Shown: in pieces, positions 7,606 to 19,062 of the stretch
How positions within the stretch are numbered: the stretch's first letter is position 1
Layout of the letters: each line of letters begins with the position of its first letter
From: Armatimonadota bacterium
Lineage (GTDB): Bacteria > Armatimonadota > UBA10988
Reading direction: 5' to 3'
DNA length: 64,000 nt
Assembly: GCA_016235455.1 (NCBI GenBank)
Contig: JACRKZ010000012.1
Location: forward strand, 43,831 to 107,830
Notes under the pieces: model-generated
The model's database searches: none
Told to the model about the DNA's origin: nothing
The model's input: the letters and a program-made list of their open reading frames with translations, nothing else
Made by a program: the position numbers and the translations under genes

Positions 7606-10600
7606 CTACTTCGCGGCGAGGTCGGCGCCGAGCGTCACCGCTCCGCCAGGCCTGGTGTCCAGCGTGACCGCCCGGTCGCCCAGGCGTACGCGGCATGGGC
7701 CGCCGAGGCTTGAGCGGATTGTCGCCGAGGCGAGCTGGCCGTCGCGCCAGCTCAGGTCGACCTCGAACCCGCCACGACCCCGCAACCCCTGCACCGAGCC
7801 CGTGGACCAGGCCGTGGGCAGCGCCGGCAGCAGTTGCAGCTCACCCGCGTGTGACTGCAGCAGCGCCTCACAGAGCGCGGCGGTGATGCCGAAGTTGCCG
7901 TCGAGCTGCATCGGCGGATGGTTGCCGAACAGGTTGGGCAGCGTGTTGTAGCTCAGCAGGCCGCGCACCATCTCGAACACCTTCTCGCCCTGGCCGAACC
8001 GTGCCCACAGTGCGCAGCGCCAGGCCCAGGCCCATTCGCGCCGGCTGTCGCCGCTCTGGCCTCGGGCCTCCAGCGAGGTGCGAGCCGCCTTGGCCAGCTC
8101 GGGCGTCAGCGTCTCGGAGATCTGCCGGCCGGGATACACGGCGAACAGGTGCGAGGTGTGCCGGTGCTGGTCCTTGGGGTCGTCGCGGTCGACCATCCAC
8201 TCTTGGAGCTGGCCCCACTTCCCGATCTTGGGTCCGAGCAGGTGCGCCTTCATGTCGGTCAGCTTGGCCCGGTACTCGGGGTCGACACCCAGCGCCTCGG
8301 CGGCGGCGATGGTGTTGGTGAACAGATCCCACATGATCTGCTGGTCATAGGAGCAGCCGTCCTCATCGGGGCCATGCTCGGGCGACCAGCCCATGGGCGC
8401 CACCAGCGTGCCGTCCGGCAGCTTCTTGAGCAGATCCTCCCAGAACTCGCACAGCTCGCGCAGCACGGGATAGGCCTTGGCCAGATAGGCCCGGTCGCCC
8501 GAGAAGGCGTAGTGCTCGTAGAGATGCTGGCCATACCACGCGCCGGCCGGCGTGTTCCACTTCCAGCCATGGCCGCCGAAGATGTTGTGGCTGGTGCGCG
8601 CGGTCCAGCCGCGGGCGCCGTGGTAGGCCGGCTCAGCCCGGGTGGCGATACGGCTGGGCTCGGCGATGGCCTGAATCAGATCGAGCAGCGGCACATGGCA
8701 CTCGGCCAGGTTGGCGGATTCGGCTGGCCAGTAGTTCATCTGCACGTTGATGTTGGTGTGGTAGTCGCTGTACCAGGCGGGCTTATTGCTGTCGTTCCAC
8801 AGGCCCTGCAGGTTGGCCGGCAGGCCGCCGGGCCGCGAGCAACTGGCCAGCAGGTAGCGGCCCATGGCGAACAGGTCGGCCACCAACTCCGGGTCGTCCG
8901 GGTCGTTGGCAAACCGCTTGACGCGCTGGTCGGTGGGCAGAGCAGTGCGGTCGGGCGAAGACGTGCCCAGGTCGAGCCGCACACGGCCCAGCAGCGCCAC
9001 CATGTCGGCCTGGTGCGCGGCCAGCAGCGCCGCGTCGTCCTTGGCCAGCGCCGCATCAACCCGTGCCGTGACCGCCGGGTGAGGATCGTCGCCACGCCAC
9101 TTGCGGGCGAAGTCCATGGCGTAGTCGGTGCCCGCGGCCACGACCAGCGTGACGCTGTCGCAGCCGTCGAGCACCAGCGCGCCGTCCACCGCGCTCAGCT
9201 GACCGCCGTCCGCGCGCGCGGCAATCTGCGTCTCGTAGCGCAGGCCGTTGCTCAGGTTGCCCGCACAGGTCAGGCGTGCACCGTCGGCGGTGACCTTGGC
9301 CTGGTGGGCGTCGGCGAAGCGTACGCGGCCCGTGAGCCGGCCGGGCTGGTCGGCGCTGAGCCGCGCGACAAGCACGCCGTCGGCGTGACTGCAGTACACC
9401 TGGCGGCGCCAGGTGGTGCCGGCCAGGTCATACGACACGCGCTGCACGCCGGTGGTCAGGTCCAGCTCGCGGTGGTAGTTGGCCACGGGTGCCGGGGCCG
9501 CGGCGAAGGAGACGCCGTCGAGGCCGATCTCGGCCAACTGGTAACGCATCTCGCCGTGGTTCTCGGTGAACGTGAGCCGGTAGTAGCGGTACCTGGTCGC
9601 GTTGGCGCACGTGTATGCGCGCCGCTCGCCCCGCTTGGCGAACTGCGGCTGGTCGGCGCGCTTGTCCAGGTCCACCCAGGTCTGGCCGTCGGTCGAGCCG
9701 GCCAGGATCCAGGCCTTCGGGTCGCGCGTGGGCGTGTCGTTGGCCGCGACCAGGCTGTAGCCGGTGACGGCGACTTCGCCACCGGCGGGCAGCGCCACCT
9801 GCCAGACCAGCGGCTTGCCCTGATGCTCCACGCACCACTTGGTATCGGGCTGACCATCGGCCGACTGCTGCACGCTCTCATAGTCATAGAACGACGCCTG
9901 GCCGCTGGGGCAACTGACGACGGCGGCACCGGGCGCGCTGGTCTGGGGCAGGTCGACGAACAGGTCGCCCAGGTTCTGGTACGAGCCCATCGAGTCGTAG
10001 TCGCCCGAGGGATTCTCGTCGCCGGTCCACAGGCTGTTCTCGTTGAGCTGGATGCGCTCGGTGGGCACGCCGCCAAAGACCATTGCGCCGAGCCGGCCGT
10101 TGCCCACGGGCAGCGCCTCGCCCGACCAGTTCGTCGCCGGCCTGGTGTACCAGATGGCCGGTCGCACTCGGCTCAGCCCGTTCGCCACCGCTTCCGCCAT
10201 GAGTCGATATCCTTCCGTGTTCGGATGAACCTTGTCCGGCGCCAACTCGGGCCGGCCGAGCAGCACGGGATGCATGTCGAGCACCTCGACGCCGATCTCA
10301 CCCGCGGACCGGAGCAGGTCGGGGATGACTTCGTCGCGGATACGCCCCTCATCGATGCCCCACTGACCAGGGAAGGCGGCCATGGGCGTCAGCAGCACCA
10401 CGCGCGGCCGGCTGGGCCAGTCGCGCAGTTCGGCCACGGTGGCCTTCAGATCAGCGCCGAAGTCGGCCCGGTGCGCCCAGTTCTGGGGTTTGGAGTCGTT
10501 GCCGCCGAGCGACAGCAGGACCAGTTGCGGGCCGAAGGCCTTGGCCCGCTGCCAGGCCTCCTCGCGCACGTACGGCTTGTCGCCCGCGCGCAGCATGGTC

Positions 10601-10824
10601 GACCCGCTGACCGCGAAGTTGACCACCTGGTAGCCCGGCCCGAGCAGCCGGGCCAGCCGCGGCGGCCAGCCTTCGGTCTCGGCATGGGCCGCGCCCACGC
10701 CGACGACGATGCTGTCGCCCAGGCAGGCCACGCGTAGCGGCGCGGGTGCCGCCTGCACGGTGCCGGCCAGCAGGCACAAGGCGACCAGGGCACGACGCAC
10801 GACGGCCAGACGGCACGGGATCAT
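7606..10824 (-). CDS. SGNH esterase fused to GH95 alpha-L-fucosidase with an inserted F5/8-type (CBM32-like) domain
   Basis: CLGDSI, GGNDSK and DKVHPN (SGNH). [44 protein letters not shown] and MQLDGNFG (GH95). DTKWC...[16 protein letters not shown] (F5/8). Signal peptide from ATG 10824. Confidence 0.92.
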   Translation of the reverse strand: MIPCRLAVVRRALVALCLLAGTVQAAPAPLRVACLGDSIVVGVGAAHAETEGWPPRLARLLGPGYQVVNFAVSGSTMLRAGDKPYVREEAWQRAKAFGPQLVLLSLGGNDSKPQNWAHRADFGADLKATVAELRDWPSRPRVVLLTPMAAFPGQWGIDEGRIRDEVIPDLLRSAGEIGVEVLDMHPVLLGRPELAPDKVHPNTEGYRLMAEAVANGLSRVRPAIWYTRPATNWSGEALPVGNGRLGAMVFGGVPTERIQLNENSLWTGDENPSGDYDSMGSYQNLGDLFVDLPQTSAPGAAVVSCPSGQASFYDYESVQQSADGQPDTKWCVEHQGKPLVWQVALPAGGEVAVTGYSLVAANDTPTRDPKAWILAGSTDGQTWVDLDKRADQPQFAKRGERRAYTCANATRYRYYRLTFTENHGEMRYQLAEIGLDGVSFAAAPAPVANYHRELDLTTGVQRVSYDLAGTTWRRQVYCSHADGVLVARLSADQPGRLTGRVRFADAHQAKVTADGARLTCAGNLSNGLRYETQIAARADGGQLSAVDGALVLDGCDSVTLVVAAGTDYAMDFARKWRGDDPHPAVTARVDAALAKDDAALLAAHQADMVALLGRVRLDLGTSSPDRTALPTDQRVKRFANDPDDPELVADLFAMGRYLLASCSRPGGLPANLQGLWNDSNKPAWYSDYHTNINVQMNYWPAESANLAECHVPLLDLIQAIAEPSRIATRAEPAYHGARGWTARTSHNIFGGHGWKWNTPAGAWYGQHLYEHYAFSGDRAYLAKAYPVLRELCEFWEDLLKKLPDGTLVAPMGWSPEHGPDEDGCSYDQQIMWDLFTNTIAAAEALGVDPEYRAKLTDMKAHLLGPKIGKWGQLQEWMVDRDDPKDQHRHTSHLFAVYPGRQISETLTPELAKAARTSLEARGQSGDSRREWAWAWRCALWARFGQGEKVFEMVRGLLSYNTLPNLFGNHPPMQLDGNFGITAALCEALLQSHAGELQLLPALPTAWSTGSVQGLRGRGGFEVDLSWRDGQLASATIRSSLGGPCRVRLGDRAVTLDTRPGGAVTLGADLAAK

Positions 10825-10877
10825 CGCAGCACTCCGTGGTCGGAGTTCGCGGCGCCGGTGGGTCATCCTCTGTGGGC

Positions 10878-11236
10878 TCAGCGGCGCGTCAGCAACAGCA
10901 GGACGCGGCAGCGGCCGGCATCGCCGCTGTCGACGCGGAGCCGCAGCGAAAGCCCGGCGCGCGACCACTCGTCGCCGCGCGGCTGCCAGCCATCGGCGGC
11001 CAGACGAGCCGCCATGTCGGTGCGAACGGCGGATGCCTCGGCTGCCACGTCGTAGGTTACGCTACGCCAGCGCAGCAGTCGAGAGCCGCCGGTGGCCGAG
11101 CGAGCCACGACGGCACTGGGCATCGGCAGCACCACGCTCGCCAGAGGATCGGGCAGCCGCCAGGCGGCGACATAGAGGCCGGCCAGCACCGCCATGACGG
11201 CCAGGCCGAGCAGTCGCATGCGGCGCAAATCGGGGT

Positions 11237-11240
<4 letters not shown>
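10878..11240 (-). CDS. Hypothetical membrane-anchored protein
   Basis: ATGA overlap with the upstream regulator; N-terminal [20 protein letters not shown]. Confidence 0.7.
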
Positions 11241-12639
<1,399 letters not shown>

Positions 12640-12640
<1 letters not shown>

Positions 12641-13542
12641 CAGGCATCCTCATGCTCATCCGACCAGACGACCGTACCGGTGCTGCCTTCGCCGCGCGCC
12701 TGCATCATGGAGTGCTGAGCACGGGCCAGCATCTCGCCCAGATCGGCGATCTCGCGGTCGACGATGGCCACGCCGAAGTTGGCCAGGATCGGCAGCATCA
12801 CCCCGTTGACCTCGATGCACAGCGCATTGAGCCGCTCGGACAGCCGCTCGATGGCGACCACCGCGCGGTCCCGGCTGGTGTGCGGCATGAGCACGATGAA
12901 GCCGCTCTCGGAGTAGCGCGTGGGCACGTCGAGCGCGCGCACGTTCTCGCGCAGGAAGCGGCCCACGCGGCGCAACAGGATGTCGCCGGCGGCCGAGCCG
13001 TACTGCTCCTCCACGGCCTCCACCGTGGCCACGTCGATGGCCACCAGCGCCAGCGATGAACTGATGCCGTAGCGCTGCTGGCGGTAGAGTTCCTCGCGAA
13101 GACGATCCTCGAAATGCTCGCGGTCGCCCAACTCGGTCAGCGTATCGGTGTGGGCCGCCCGCTGGTAGGCGCGTGCGCGGCGCAGCGCCGTCTGGACGCG
13201 AGCCAGCAGCTCCTCGCGGTCAAACGGTTTGGGTATGTAGTCGTCGGCGCCGAGTTCCAGGCCTTCGGCCAGCTCGAAGTGCTGGCCCCGCGCGGACAGG
13301 AAGACGAACGGTACGAGCTCGAACCCGGTCGTCTGGCGCACGCGCTGGCACAGATCGGAGCCGGCCAGGTCGGGCATCATCACATCGGACACGATGAGAT
13401 GGGGCAGCACGCGCTCCAGCTTGGCCAGCGCTTCCAGCCCGCCCGAGGCGCAGGTCACCTCATAGCCCCCGCGCGACAGAACGTAGTCGAGCAGTTCCAG
13501 CATCGACGGCTCATCGTCGACGACCAAGATGCGTGCACTCAC
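12640..13542 (-). CDS. Response regulator: REC plus degenerate GGDEF domain
   Basis: ILVVDDE, SDVMMP, DDYIPKPF, then TDTLTEL and RALDVPTRYSESGF. GTG start overlaps the HK stop (GTGA). Confidence 0.9.
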
Positions 13543-14603
13543 GCCGAGCCACCTTCCCGCTGCCACGGCAAACAGACCCGGAACGTGCTACCGACGCCCA
13601 GGTCACTGCTCACTTCGATACGGCCCTCATGGGCCTCGACCAATTCGCGCGCAATGGCCAGGCCCAGGCCGGTCCCACGCGGTCCGATGCCGCTCGCGCG
13701 GCATCGGTAGAACTTGGCGAAAATGTGGGGCAAATCCTCTTTGGCGATGCCGCATCCGGTGTCGCTGACCACCAGACACAGCTCGCCGGCCGACTCGACC
13801 GCGCTCAGCCTGACCTGGCCGCCCGGTTGGGCGAACTTGACCGCGTTGCCCAGCAGATTGGCCAACACCTGGCTGAGCTGGTCGCGGTCGGCCACCATCG
13901 TCCAGTCGGCCGGCGGCAGCTCGCCGCTCACCTCGATGCCCGTGTCGCGTGCGGCCAGCCGGGCCACAACCAGCGCGTCGTGCAGCAGATCGGCCACGAC
14001 GAAGGTGGTGTCGAGTCGCGCGCGTCGCCCGGCCTCGATGCGGCTGATGTCCAGCAGGTCGTCGATCAGCCGGCTGAGCCGGTCGGTCTCGGCCCGCGCG
14101 ATGGTCAGGAACTTGCGCCGCATGGGCGGCGCGAGCGACTCCTCGTCCTCGAGCACCACCCCGAGGAAGCCCTTGATGGCGGCCATCGGCGTGCGCAGCT
14201 CGTGCGAGACGTTGCTGACGAATTCGGTCTTGAGCCGGTTGACCTCGGCGTCGCGCGTGACGTCGCGGTATGAAACCAGCCAGCCCGGCGGCTCGGCCTC
14301 CGCGGCCAGTCGGCTGACCCGCCGACGGACCACGCGCTCGTCGGGATACTGCAGCTCCAACTCGACCTCTTCGTCCTCGTCCTGGTGTTCCGCCAGACGC
14401 AAGTAGAGGTCGGGGTCGGCCATGCAGTTGAGCACATGCTGCCGAACCGCGCTCAATTCCGTGGTCGGCGCCAGCGCAAAGAGATCCCAGAAACGCCGGT
14501 TGGCGCCCAGCAGCCGCTGCTGATCATCGATTAGCAGCAGGGCCTCGTCAACGGCGTCCAGCACTGTCCACATTGAACGATTGTCTGGCGTGGCGATACT
14601 CAC
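13539..14603 (-). CDS. Cytoplasmic PAS sensor histidine kinase
   Basis: H-box VSHELRTP, N-box NLLGNAVKF, G1 DTGCGI, G2 GTGLGL. PAS-like N-terminus with no TM. Start GTG 14603 is inferred. Confidence 0.92.
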   Translation of the reverse strand: MSIATPDNRSMWTVLDAVDEALLLIDDQQRLLGANRRFWDLFALAPTTELSAVRQHVLNCMADPDLYLRLAEHQDEDEEVELELQYPDERVVRRRVSRLAAEAEPPGWLVSYRDVTRDAEVNRLKTEFVSNVSHELRTPMAAIKGFLGVVLEDEESLAPPMRRKFLTIARAETDRLSRLIDDLLDISRIEAGRRARLDTTFVVADLLHDALVVARLAARDTGIEVSGELPPADWTMVADRDQLSQVLANLLGNAVKFAQPGGQVRLSAVESAGELCLVVSDTGCGIAKEDLPHIFAKFYRCRASGIGPRGTGLGLAIARELVEAHEGRIEVSSDLGVGSTFRVCLPWQREGGSA

Positions 14604-14676
14604 GCGTACTCTTCCTTGGCCCGGAGCACGCACCATGGTCGGAAGGAGCCACCGCCCCCCACGCGAACCTTGCACC

Positions 14677-15813
14677 ATGCGCGTCCTGGCCGTCACCAGC
14701 CTCTACCCCACACTGGCCCAGCCGCACTTCGCCGCGTTCATGCCCGGGCGCATGCGCGGGCTTGCCGCACATGCCAATGTCGATCTGCTCCTCTGCCGTC
14801 AGACACACCCACTTGGCTACCGGTTCCGACTGCCCACCAGCATCGTGGTAGATCCGCTTGATCAGTTGACCATCTGGCCCGCGCAGTTCATTGCGCTGCG
14901 CGGCGTCGCGAGGAGTCGGAGGGCCAGACAGATGCTTGGCGGCGCCCGCCGAGCGGTGCGGCAGATGGACCGTTCGTGGGATGTGGTGCTGGGGCATTTC
15001 CTTGTGCCCGACGGCGTCTGCGCCGCGCTGCTGGCCGCGGAACTGGGCCTGCCCGTGGTGCTCGTGGCACATGGCAGCGATGTGCACACCAAGGCGGCCG
15101 ACCCGCGCTGCCACGCCGATCTGGCTTGGGCGCTGGGCCAGGCCAAGGGGCTGATCGTCGTCAGCGACGACCTGCGGCGCCGACTCGCCGACCTGGGTTT
15201 CGCGCTGCCGCCGACGACCGTGCTGCCCTGCGGTTACGACCCTGCCCTGTTCGCCCCCCGCAGCCAGACCGAGGCACGCGCGCGGCTGGGCTTCATGCCG
15301 GGCTCGTGGCTGGTCTACGTCGGTGCGCTGCGCGGGGTCAAGCGGCTCGACGTGCTGCTGCAGGCCCTGGCGCTGGTGCCCGATGTGCATCTGGCCGTGG
15401 TGGGCGACGGCGATCAGGCCCAGCCGCTGCGGTCGCTGGCCCGCTCGCTGGGGCTGGACGCGCGCGTGCACTGGGCGGGAGCGCGACCGCACGACGAGGT
15501 GCCGGACTTCCTGGCCGCGGCCGACGCCGTCGTGCTGAGCAGCGACCGCGAGGGCACCCCGACCATCCTGACCGAGGCGCTGGCCATGGGCCGGCCGGTG
15601 GTGGCCACGGCGGTTGGCGGCATTCCGGAGTTGGTCGGCGACCTCGCCAGGCTGGCGCCGCCCGGCCAGCCGCAAGCACTGGCCCAGGCCATCGCGGGAA
15701 CCCTCGCCGCCCCGCCGCCGTCGGACCGTCTGCGCAACGCGGTGGCGCACCTGACCCTCGACGCGGTCGGTCGGGCCGAAAGTGAGTTCCTGCGCGCCTG
15801 CATCGAGGAGTGA
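14677..15813 (+). CDS. GT4 glycosyltransferase
   Basis: AHGSDVH, YVGALRGVKRLD, EGTPTILTEALAMGRPVV (E-x7-E). Confidence 0.9.
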   Translation: MRVLAVTSLYPTLAQPHFAAFMPGRMRGLAAHANVDLLLCRQTHPLGYRFRLPTSIVVDPLDQLTIWPAQFIALRGVARSRRARQMLGGARRAVRQMDRSWDVVLGHFLVPDGVCAALLAAELGLPVVLVAHGSDVHTKAADPRCHADLAWALGQAKGLIVVSDDLRRRLADLGFALPPTTVLPCGYDPALFAPRSQTEARARLGFMPGSWLVYVGALRGVKRLDVLLQALALVPDVHLAVVGDGDQAQPLRSLARSLGLDARVHWAGARPHDEVPDFLAAADAVVLSSDREGTPTILTEALAMGRPVVATAVGGIPELVGDLARLAPPGQPQALAQAIAGTLAAPPPSDRLRNAVAHLTLDAVGRAESEFLRACIEE

Positions 15814-15816
15814 ACC

Positions 15817-16812
15817 ATGGCGCTCGGTTGGGCCATCTCGGGAGTCAGCGACATCGCCACCAAGGCCCTGGCGCCGGCCGTGCTGGCTCAGCCTGACGCC
15901 GAGCTGGTCGCGGTCTACAGCCGTTCGGCCCGGCGGGGCGGCGAGTTCGCCCAGCGCTTTGGCAGCAGCGCGGTCTACACGGACTTCGGCGCCATGCTGT
16001 CCGACCCCGCGGTGGACATCGTCTACGTCGGCGGCGAGGTGGACCGGCACCGACCGGAGACCATCGCCGCCGCCGAAGCCGGCCGGCATGTGCTGTGCGA
16101 GAAGCCCATGGCGCTCGACGCAGCCGAATGCCGTGCCATGATCGACGCCTGCGCGGCCAACGGCGTGCATCTGGCCATCGCCTACTATCGGCGCTACTAC
16201 CCGTCGGTGCGCAAGCTGACCGAGTTGGTCCAAGCCGGCGCGTTGGGCCAGGTGCTGCAGGCGGCGATCGACATGAGCTACTACCGGCGGCCGCTGGGCG
16301 AGCGCGACTGGCGCACACAGCCGGCAGGCGGGGGCGGCGCGCTGATGGACATCGGCAGCCACCGGTTGGACGTGCTCTGCGGCCTGCTCGGCGAGCCGCG
16401 GCGCGTGGCGGGCTTCACGGCCCATCGGGTGCACGAGCACTGGGCGCCGGATGTGGAGACGCTGATCGTCGAGTTCGCCTGTGGCGCGCAAGCCACGTTG
16501 CGCTGCAACTGGTGCGCGGGCGCCAGCCAGGACCTGTTCACCGTGGTCGGCACCGAGGCGGTGGCGCTGCTCGGCGCGCTGGAGGAGCCCAGCTTCATCC
16601 TGCGCCGCCGCGGCCAGCCCGACGAGATGGTGCAGGCCGGCGCGCCGGCCGCGATCACCCACGGCCCGCTGGTCGACGACCTGACCCAGCGCCTGCTGGC
16701 CGGTCAGCCGCCGCGCTTCGATGGCCTGGCCGGCTACCAGGCCAGCCGCATCATGGACGGCTGCTACCGGTCGGCGGCCACGGGCTCACTGATCGAATTG
16801 GGAGAGACGTAA
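15817..16812 (+). CDS. Gfo/Idh/MocA family oxidoreductase
   Basis: HVLCEKPMA, GGGALMDIGSHRLD. Confidence 0.92.
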   Translation: MALGWAISGVSDIATKALAPAVLAQPDAELVAVYSRSARRGGEFAQRFGSSAVYTDFGAMLSDPAVDIVYVGGEVDRHRPETIAAAEAGRHVLCEKPMALDAAECRAMIDACAANGVHLAIAYYRRYYPSVRKLTELVQAGALGQVLQAAIDMSYYRRPLGERDWRTQPAGGGGALMDIGSHRLDVLCGLLGEPRRVAGFTAHRVHEHWAPDVETLIVEFACGAQATLRCNWCAGASQDLFTVVGTEAVALLGALEEPSFILRRRGQPDEMVQAGAPAAITHGPLVDDLTQRLLAGQPPRFDGLAGYQASRIMDGCYRSAATGSLIELGET

Positions 16813-16815
16813 CCT

Positions 16816-18942
16816 ATGAACTGCTTGCTACTGTCAGTGCTGCTGGCCACGGCCAACGCATCACCCAGCTTGAATGCCAAGGTCAGTTGGCTGGGCAATA
16901 CCTTCCCCGGCGCGGCGAAGTGGGTCCAGCAGGACATTGCCAGCGTGGCGGTCACGCCCGACGGCGAGGTCTATACCAGCGTGCCGTGGGATGAGGCCGG
17001 CGGCGAGGTCAGCCGCTACAAGGACGGTGACCGGCTCGGCACCGCGCGCCACACCCGCGGCTGGGGCTACGACGGCGGTGTCGGCGTCGCGGTCAACAGC
17101 AAGTACGTCTACTTCGGTCAGTCGGTGGACTGCGAAGGCGGCGGGCTCAAAGACCCCGACACGTGGCCGGACAAGGGCCGGCACTGGTTCGGCGTGTCGC
17201 GGCGAAAGCGCGCCGACTTCACTCAGTCTGCGCCGTTCCCCGGTGGCAAGGGCGGCAAGGGCGACACGCTGCGCGGCGGGTTCCTGGTGGTCAATGACGT
17301 GGCCGAAGGTGCCAAGGCGCAGATCGGCGGCCTGTGGGCCACGGAGACCCAGCTCTTCGTCAGCAACCCGGCCACGGGCAAGGTGCTCGTCTACGATGCC
17401 GAGACCATGGCGCCGGTGCGCGAATGGGCTGTCGACAAGCCGGGCTCCATCGCCCAGGACACTGCGGGCCGGCTGTGGGTGTTGCGCACCACCACGCCGG
17501 CCGAGTTGCGCGCCTACAGCGCCGACGGCACGGCGGGCGCGGCCTACACCTTCGAGGCCACGGCCAAGCCGACCAACCTCTGCGCCGACCGCGGCCGGCT
17601 GCTGGTCACCGACTGCGGGCCTAGCCAGCAGGTGCGCATCATCGGTGACCTGGACGGCACACCGCGCGAGATTGGCCGCTTCGGCGTACCCGGCGGCATC
17701 TACGCCGAGCCGTCGGGCCGGGTCGGGCCGGGCCGGCTGAACATGCCCAGCGCGCTCGGCGTGGACGCCGCGGGCCGGGTCTACGTGGCCAACGACGGCC
17801 AGAGCGGCGGCGGCGGCACGGTATTGCAGTGCTATGAGCCCGACGGCAAGCTGGTCTGGGAGCTGCAGGGTCTGACCTTCGTCGACGTGGCCGCAGCCGA
17901 CCCGGTCAATGAGACGGATGTGTTCACCAAGGAGGAGCGCTTCCGCCTGGACTACAGCAAGCCCGCGGGCCGCGAAGCGACCTACGCCGGCTACACCATC
18001 AACCCGTTCCGCTACCCCGACGACCCGCGTCTGCACCTGTGGTCGGGCGGCGCGTGGGTGCGGCGCATCGAGGGCAGGCGCTTCCTATTCGTGTTGGACA
18101 TGAACGCCGAGTGGCTGCAGGTCTACCGCTTCGACGCCGCCAGTGGCGAGACGGCCATTCCGTCGGGCATGTTCAGCAAGCGCCAGATCCGCGACAAGCA
18201 AGGCTGGCCCAACGGCCAACCGGCCCGCGGCGAGTGGATCTGGCGCGACGCCAACGGCAACGGCGCCTTCGACGAGGGCGAGTATGTGCGCAGTGAACGC
18301 GACACGCCGGAATGCCAGGGCTGGTGGGTCGATGCCAAGGGCAACGTCTGGCAGGTCATGGAAAACGAGGGCATCCGCTGCCTGCCGATGCGCGGGCTCG
18401 ACGCCAAGGGCAACCCCACTTGGGATCTGACCGAGCCGCGCACCTGGCCCAAGCCCGCCGAGTTTGCCCAACTCCGGCGCCTGCGCTACGACTCGGCGAC
18501 GGACACGATGATCCTGGGCGGCACCACCACCGAACACAAGAACCAGCACTGGAAGCCGATGGGCCCGGTGATGGTGCGCTACGATAAGTGGAGCAGCGCC
18601 GCGCCGTCCCGCCGCTGGACGTTGGTCGCACCGTATAGCGATGGCGCGCAAGGGCACTTCTCGTGTGAGCCGATGGGCTTCGATGTCGCCGGCGACTATC
18701 TCTTCGTGCCGTATACCGGCGAATCGAAGGAGATGGGCTACGCGTACGGCCATGTGGAGGTCTTCCGGCTCGACGACGCCTCGCCCGTCGGCCACATGGA
18801 GCCGACGCCGGAGATCGGCCAGGTCGGCTTGCAGGACCTGCGCGAAACGATGTCAGCCACGCGCCGCCCCGACGGCGAGTACGTGATCTTCCTGGAGGAC
18901 GACTACAAGTCCAAGACGGTTATGTATCGCTGGAAGCCGTAG
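16816..18942 (+). CDS. Secreted NHL/beta-propeller-like protein of unknown function
   Basis: Signal peptide; LNMPSALGVDAAGRVYVAND (NHL-like); WRDANGNGAFDEGE (Ca-binding-like loop). Confidence 0.75.
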   Translation: MNCLLLSVLLATANASPSLNAKVSWLGNTFPGAAKWVQQDIASVAVTPDGEVYTSVPWDEAGGEVSRYKDGDRLGTARHTRGWGYDGGVGVAVNSKYVYFGQSVDCEGGGLKDPDTWPDKGRHWFGVSRRKRADFTQSAPFPGGKGGKGDTLRGGFLVVNDVAEGAKAQIGGLWATETQLFVSNPATGKVLVYDAETMAPVREWAVDKPGSIAQDTAGRLWVLRTTTPAELRAYSADGTAGAAYTFEATAKPTNLCADRGRLLVTDCGPSQQVRIIGDLDGTPREIGRFGVPGGIYAEPSGRVGPGRLNMPSALGVDAAGRVYVANDGQSGGGGTVLQCYEPDGKLVWELQGLTFVDVAAADPVNETDVFTKEERFRLDYSKPAGREATYAGYTINPFRYPDDPRLHLWSGGAWVRRIEGRRFLFVLDMNAEWLQVYRFDAASGETAIPSGMFSKRQIRDKQGWPNGQPARGEWIWRDANGNGAFDEGEYVRSERDTPECQGWWVDAKGNVWQVMENEGIRCLPMRGLDAKGNPTWDLTEPRTWPKPAEFAQLRRLRYDSATDTMILGGTTTEHKNQHWKPMGPVMVRYDKWSSAAPSRRWTLVAPYSDGAQGHFSCEPMGFDVAGDYLFVPYTGESKEMGYAYGHVEVFRLDDASPVGHMEPTPEIGQVGLQDLRETMSATRRPDGEYVIFLEDDYKSKTVMYRWKP

Positions 18943-18946
18943 GCGG

Positions 18947-19044
18947 CAGTGTCAGGGGCCTCTCGCAATTAGCGGTGTCAGGGACCGATTTCACGCGTGA
19001 AAACGGTCCCTGACACCGTTAATAGCGAGAGGCCCCTGACACTG
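18947..19044. repeat. 98-bp near-perfect palindrome between convergent genes, built from four GTGTCAGGG units
   Basis: CAGTGTCAGGGGCCTCTCGC...GTGTCAGGGACCG...CACGCGTG...CGGTCCCTGACAC...GCGAGAGGCCCCTGACACTG; 3 mismatches between arms. Confidence 0.9.
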
Positions 19045-19062
19045 TTCCTTCCGGCGCCGCCG

